The translations under genes were made by a program, and so were the position numbers. Below, one piece after another: positions 60,382 through 64,000 of a stretch of DNA of 64,000 nucleotides; the stretch's first letter is position 1, and each line of letters opens with the position of its first letter. Source of the stretch: Bdellovibrionota bacterium (GTDB lineage Bacteria; Bdellovibrionota_G; JALEGL01; DATDPG01); NCBI GenBank assembly GCA_963668355.1, contig OY764265.1, positions 1,696,001-1,760,000 of the forward strand, written 5' to 3'. The notes below the pieces were generated by a model. The model did no database searches. It was given only the letters and a program-made list of their open reading frames with translations, and was not told the DNA's origin.

Positions 60382-60696
60382 ATGAGTGGTACAGTTGATC
60401 AGGAAAGAAGGCAGTCACCTCGCCGAAAAGGAGAAACTCTTGTCCGTTTTGAAGGAGAGAATTTTTCCATTTATTCGAGGGCTCTTGATATCAGTGACCA
60501 CGGTGCTTTTGTAGCGACACATTATCTGCTGGATCCAGGCACTCAAATCGAGATGCATTTGATTGATCCGGCTGGAGGCGAATCGGCAACGCATGCAAAG
60601 GTTGTCCGAACCATGAGCCATACTTCTGATCGAGGAGAAGTCTCGATTGGCTTTGGGGTTCAATTTGTCGAAGATGATCCAACACTTGTTTCGTAG
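60382..60696 (+). CDS. Single PilZ-domain protein
   Basis: RRQSPR, DISDHG and GFGVQF motifs; start could be 60370. Confidence 0.87.
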   Translation: MSGTVDQERRQSPRRKGETLVRFEGENFSIYSRALDISDHGAFVATHYLLDPGTQIEMHLIDPAGGESATHAKVVRTMSHTSDRGEVSIGFGVQFVEDDPTLVS

Positions 60697-60741
60697 TTGA
60701 GGAATCCGGAAAAAGCATCGTCGGAAAGTGTCAGGGCGTTT

Positions 60742-63177
60742 TTAGGCGTGTCCACGTAAACGAACAAGGTGCTTGTGCCACACTCTTAAAGCTTCTCGGT
60801 CTTTCAATAAATTTCGTTCGTGAAAATAGGAAATGATGCTCTTGATCATGACGGTGGAGAGAGACTCTTCCCGTGTGATGACATGCGTGGCCAACAGCCG
60901 TTGTCCTTGTTCCATGGTTTGAAGGATGAAGGATGGTGTCGGAGGATGTTGGACTTCAGGCGTTTGCAAGACCATGCGGGCCACCAGATCATAGGACTCC
61001 AGGTAATTGGCAATCATGGCAATGTAGAGTTCACGAATGAAAGGCCGAACTTGTGGACCGGCCCATTTCAATCCCACGCTCAAAACATGTTGGACATCTT
61101 CATCTTTTCTCAAGAAAAATTCATGCGCAAAAATATCTCGCAGAAAACTGACGTTTCCCTCGCGATTTCCTCCATGTTCTTCGTTTTGGACAGCCACTGC
61201 CGTGATGCAGGTAAACAAAAAATGTTGGAGAATTGTGTTTTTGTAAAAGTCCAACATCGCGCGCTTCCCTTTGGGAATGGTGATGACGAAGTCCACAGAT
61301 TTTGAGGCTTCCGTTTCGATCCAGCCATGACTTTCCAGAAATTCTAAAATTTCAAACACGTGGAATTCAATGTTCGAAATGTTCTTGGCGCATGGCTTCT
61401 GTTCTTTTTCTGCAAAGGCACGGAGAATGGTCAAACGTTCTTTAAACGTCGAACAAAGAATTCCCTGATCTCGTTCAGCCAGGAGTGCGATGGCCGCCAA
61501 AGATGTTCGAGTGATCAGTGTGTCTTTCGCAATCTCTCGCGTGACATGGTGAGCTAAGTCTAAGGTTTTGGCTCGTCGAACTTTGGTTGGGGGTTTTTCT
61601 CCCATCGGAACGCCAAAGTATTTTCGTACGGAAATGGGCTCACCAAAACGCACATAAGCGGCTCCATGAGATTTGCCTAAGAGGCTTCGTGATTTTAAGA
61701 GGACGAAGATGTTTTCACGCTCTTTTTTCTTTCCTGCAAGTTCAGAGAGATAGGCTTCCTCTTCGGGGATTTTGTCGTAGGTGATGGATGCGGGGACGAT
61801 GTAAAGATCCCGAAGGTTGGCCGAAAAAATGGTGTCGATTTGCAGGCCCAATAAGCCATGTTTGGGGTGTAGCATTTTTCCGGTTCTGGAGCGGCCCCCC
61901 TCCATGAAAAACTCTTGGGTGTACCCACATCGAATGAGCCACTTCACATATAGCGCGAGAAGTTTCGCGTAGAGCAAGTCTCCGCTGATGGTTCGGCGAA
62001 TGAAGTAGGCACCGGTCCTGCGAAAGATGGGCCCCATGGGCCAGAATGAAAGATTGATTCCCGCGGCGATATGCGGAATGGCAAAGTCATTCTCATAAAA
62101 AAGACCGGAGAGAAAGAGGTAGTCCATATGTGTCTTATGCGAAGGGAGGAGGATGACAGGATAGTCCTTCGAAATATTCTTGAGTTTTTTGAAGCCTTTA
62201 GGCTCGATATCCATTCTTTTATACAATTTGGTCCAGATCCAGTGGAATACCCGATAGGTCAAAGCTACAGTTGTTGGGCTATAGTCGGAGATCATTTCCG
62301 TTAGAATTTTTCGGGCTCTTTGTGTGACTTTCTTTTCACTCTTTTTTTCTCGCCGGGCGATGCTGGGAATGAGTCTTTGGAGTTCAGCGTCTTTGAGCAA
62401 AACATGAACGATGCGTTTCCGAGAACGAATGGGGGGGCCGACAACCAGCTTTCTTTCTCGATACAAGAAGTTTGAAATGGTTCTTCGAAGTTTTCTAGCC
62501 GTTATGTTTTGAGCTGAGGGTTCGGCTTTGGCTAAGAAATCGGAAAGAAGAAGAAAGTCTCCAAAACGAATATCCAGTTGGTTATAATGTTTGAGGAAGA
62601 GAAAAATTTTCCGAAGAGGAGAGGGCGCCGAAACGTGGCCAAAAAAAATGTCCATCCAGCTTTTTTCGATGCGTCCAGGTTCGTGTCCCCACATCCATGT
62701 TACAGGTAGAAAGGCGATGTCTGTTGAGCCTTCTTCCTGCGATTGAATGAGTTTTTCCCAAATTCGCACCCGCCAACGTGTGGACAGGGCAAAGAAACGA
62801 GGGGCTCGTAAAAAAAGCAAGCAAGGCGTTTGGTTTTGAGCGGCATGCAAAAGTATCTCAGCCTCTTTCTGAACTCTCCAGGAGGGAGAACGGAACAACG
62901 AGATGAATCGATTTCGAAGGGCCCTCAAGGCCGTAGGAATGGATTGAAAAAGCAACATGGGAACGTTGTTGGCGAAACTTGAAAGAGGAAGATCATTTTG
63001 GAGGAGAAGCGTGTTCATGAGAAGATAGTCCAAAAGACTCGCACTCGGCATCACATAGATAAGCGTCCTCTTCTGGGCCATTTGTTGGATTCGGTCTTTG
63101 GTTGCAGGGTCGATGGAGATGCGGTGCGTGGAAAGTCTGTGTAGTAGATGAAGGACCGTGCTGTATCGGGGACGCAT
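60742..63177 (-). CDS. plsB: Glycerol-3-phosphate acyltransferase
   Basis: PSHKTHMDY (HX4D), AAGINL.FWP, GAYFIRR and FFMEGGRSRTG; start moved to 63177 to avoid overlap with the divergent gene. Confidence 0.9.
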   Translation of the reverse strand: MRPRYSTVLHLLHRLSTHRISIDPATKDRIQQMAQKRTLIYVMPSASLLDYLLMNTLLLQNDLPLSSFANNVPMLLFQSIPTALRALRNRFISLFRSPSWRVQKEAEILLHAAQNQTPCLLFLRAPRFFALSTRWRVRIWEKLIQSQEEGSTDIAFLPVTWMWGHEPGRIEKSWMDIFFGHVSAPSPLRKIFLFLKHYNQLDIRFGDFLLLSDFLAKAEPSAQNITARKLRRTISNFLYRERKLVVGPPIRSRKRIVHVLLKDAELQRLIPSIARREKKSEKKVTQRARKILTEMISDYSPTTVALTYRVFHWIWTKLYKRMDIEPKGFKKLKNISKDYPVILLPSHKTHMDYLFLSGLFYENDFAIPHIAAGINLSFWPMGPIFRRTGAYFIRRTISGDLLYAKLLALYVKWLIRCGYTQEFFMEGGRSRTGKMLHPKHGLLGLQIDTIFSANLRDLYIVPASITYDKIPEEEAYLSELAGKKKERENIFVLLKSRSLLGKSHGAAYVRFGEPISVRKYFGVPMGEKPPTKVRRAKTLDLAHHVTREIAKDTLITRTSLAAIALLAERDQGILCSTFKERLTILRAFAEKEQKPCAKNISNIEFHVFEILEFLESHGWIETEASKSVDFVITIPKGKRAMLDFYKNTILQHFLFTCITAVAVQNEEHGGNREGNVSFLRDIFAHEFFLRKDEDVQHVLSVGLKWAGPQVRPFIRELYIAMIANYLESYDLVARMVLQTPEVQHPPTPSFILQTMEQGQRLLATHVITREESLSTVMIKSIISYFHERNLLKDREALRVWHKHLVRLRGHA

Positions 63178-63231
63178 TTGGCGCCCCCACTCTGGTAGGT
63201 TTGTACTTTTTGGACTCGGTTCACACATAGG

Positions 63232-64000
63232 TTGAAAGAGAGGCATGCTATCTCACCCAGGCAAAAAAGGAAGTTAGCTCCGGCACTTAGACCGGGAGAT
63301 GCACTTCAAGTGGTGGCTCCTTCGAGCCCATTTGAGGCCAGTCGACTATCTGCGGCCATTCAATGGCTGGAAAACCGAGGGTACCGAGTCAAGGTTCCGC
63401 GGGGGCTATACGCTAAGGAGGGCTATTTGGCGGGCTCTGACTCACACCGGCAGAGACTCCTTGCGGATGCTTTTCAAAACCCAAACGTTCAAGGCGTTTT
63501 TTGTGCACGGGGAGGGTATGGCGCAATGCGTTTGGATGTTTCGGGTGTGAGCCATGAACCAAAGGTGTTTATGGGATTCAGTGATGTCACGGTTTTATTG
63601 AATCAAAGGGCCAAAGATGGGTGGGTAGGAATTCATGGTCCGGTTCTGGCGTCACCGACGTTTTTGGGAATTCCTCCCAAACGTCGTGGAGAATTGTTTT
63701 CGTACTTGGAATCTCCAAAAGAAAGGGTGTTAATGTCAGAGCGGGATTTTCAGGTGATGCTCCCCGGAAATGCCAAAGGAACGCTCTGGGGGGGCAATCT
63801 CTCGCTCGTGCAGTCCACCTTAAAAACCCCATTGGAAATTCCTTTTTCCAACTCCATTCTCTTTCTGGAAGAAACACACGAACCTCCGTATCGAATCGAC
63901 CGGATGCTTACTCAATTGGCTCTGGCTGGAGTTTTTGAAAAAATTACCGCCTTGGTGTTGGGTGAATTCTTAACTCCCAAGGGGCAAGCGCATTCAAAGA
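63232..64000 (+). CDS. ldcA: LD-carboxypeptidase (peptidase S66), runs off the window end; absent from the ORF track
   Basis: Manual translation gives LRPGD..VVAPSS, YLAGSD, CARGGYG, GFSDVT, GGNLS and LFLEE..E.PYRIDRML; the only start after in-frame TAG 63196 is TTG 63232. Confidence 0.9.
   Translation, partial: MKERHAISPRQKRKLAPALRPGDALQVVAPSSPFEASRLSAAIQWLENRGYRVKVPRGLYAKEGYLAGSDSHRQRLLADAFQNPNVQGVFCARGGYGAMRLDVSGVSHEPKVFMGFSDVTVLLNQRAKDGWVGIHGPVLASPTFLGIPPKRRGELFSYLESPKERVLMSERDFQVMLPGNAKGTLWGGNLSLVQSTLKTPLEIPFSNSILFLEETHEPPYRIDRMLTQLALAGVFEKITALVLGEFLTPKGQAHSK

Noticed and set aside
63299..63938. Short ORFs in the track at the window end
   Set aside because: Explained by the S66 peptidase in another frame, which the track missed because it has no stop in the window.

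Overview
Chromosomal segment of a moderate-GC bacterium. Gene content (TIGR02266-like PilZ proteins, PEGA proteins, Bdellovibrio/Myxococcus-type Tad cluster) suggests a Bdellovibrionota/Myxococcota-related lineage; this is inference and needs a 23S/TyrS phylogeny. In order: the 3' part of an rRNA operon (23S, 5S); repeats built from the 5S 3' end, two of which bracket a small-protein/nucleotidyltransferase pair; a porin plus binding-protein pair; an atypical transketolase and an aminotransferase; a nematode-type trehalose-6-phosphate phosphatase and ferritin; a coupled gdh / pseudo-gdh / truncated PEP-synthase-like operon; tyrS, DsbA, lon, two CNNM proteins and PilZ; a ~16 kb contiguous Tad (type IVc) pilus cluster with three FHA proteins, DUF192, a MinD-like/CpaF fusion and a pilin with Gly-rich repeats (Kil/predation-like); three PEGA proteins interleaved with a GT2 / FAD-oxidoreductase / DUF2298 module; hpnCDE; class II aldolase; a probable arginine synthetase pathway (arcE, arcC, arcB); PilZ genes; plsB; and a truncated LD-carboxypeptidase missing from the ORF track. 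Best candidates for undescribed biology: the unified Tad/FHA apparatus with its repeat-bearing pilin, the GDH/pseudo-GDH/ATP-grasp module, and the 5S-derived repeat cassette. All family calls come from motifs read by eye; no searches were run. Several starts were moved from the ORF track to codons supported by an RBS or gene overlap.
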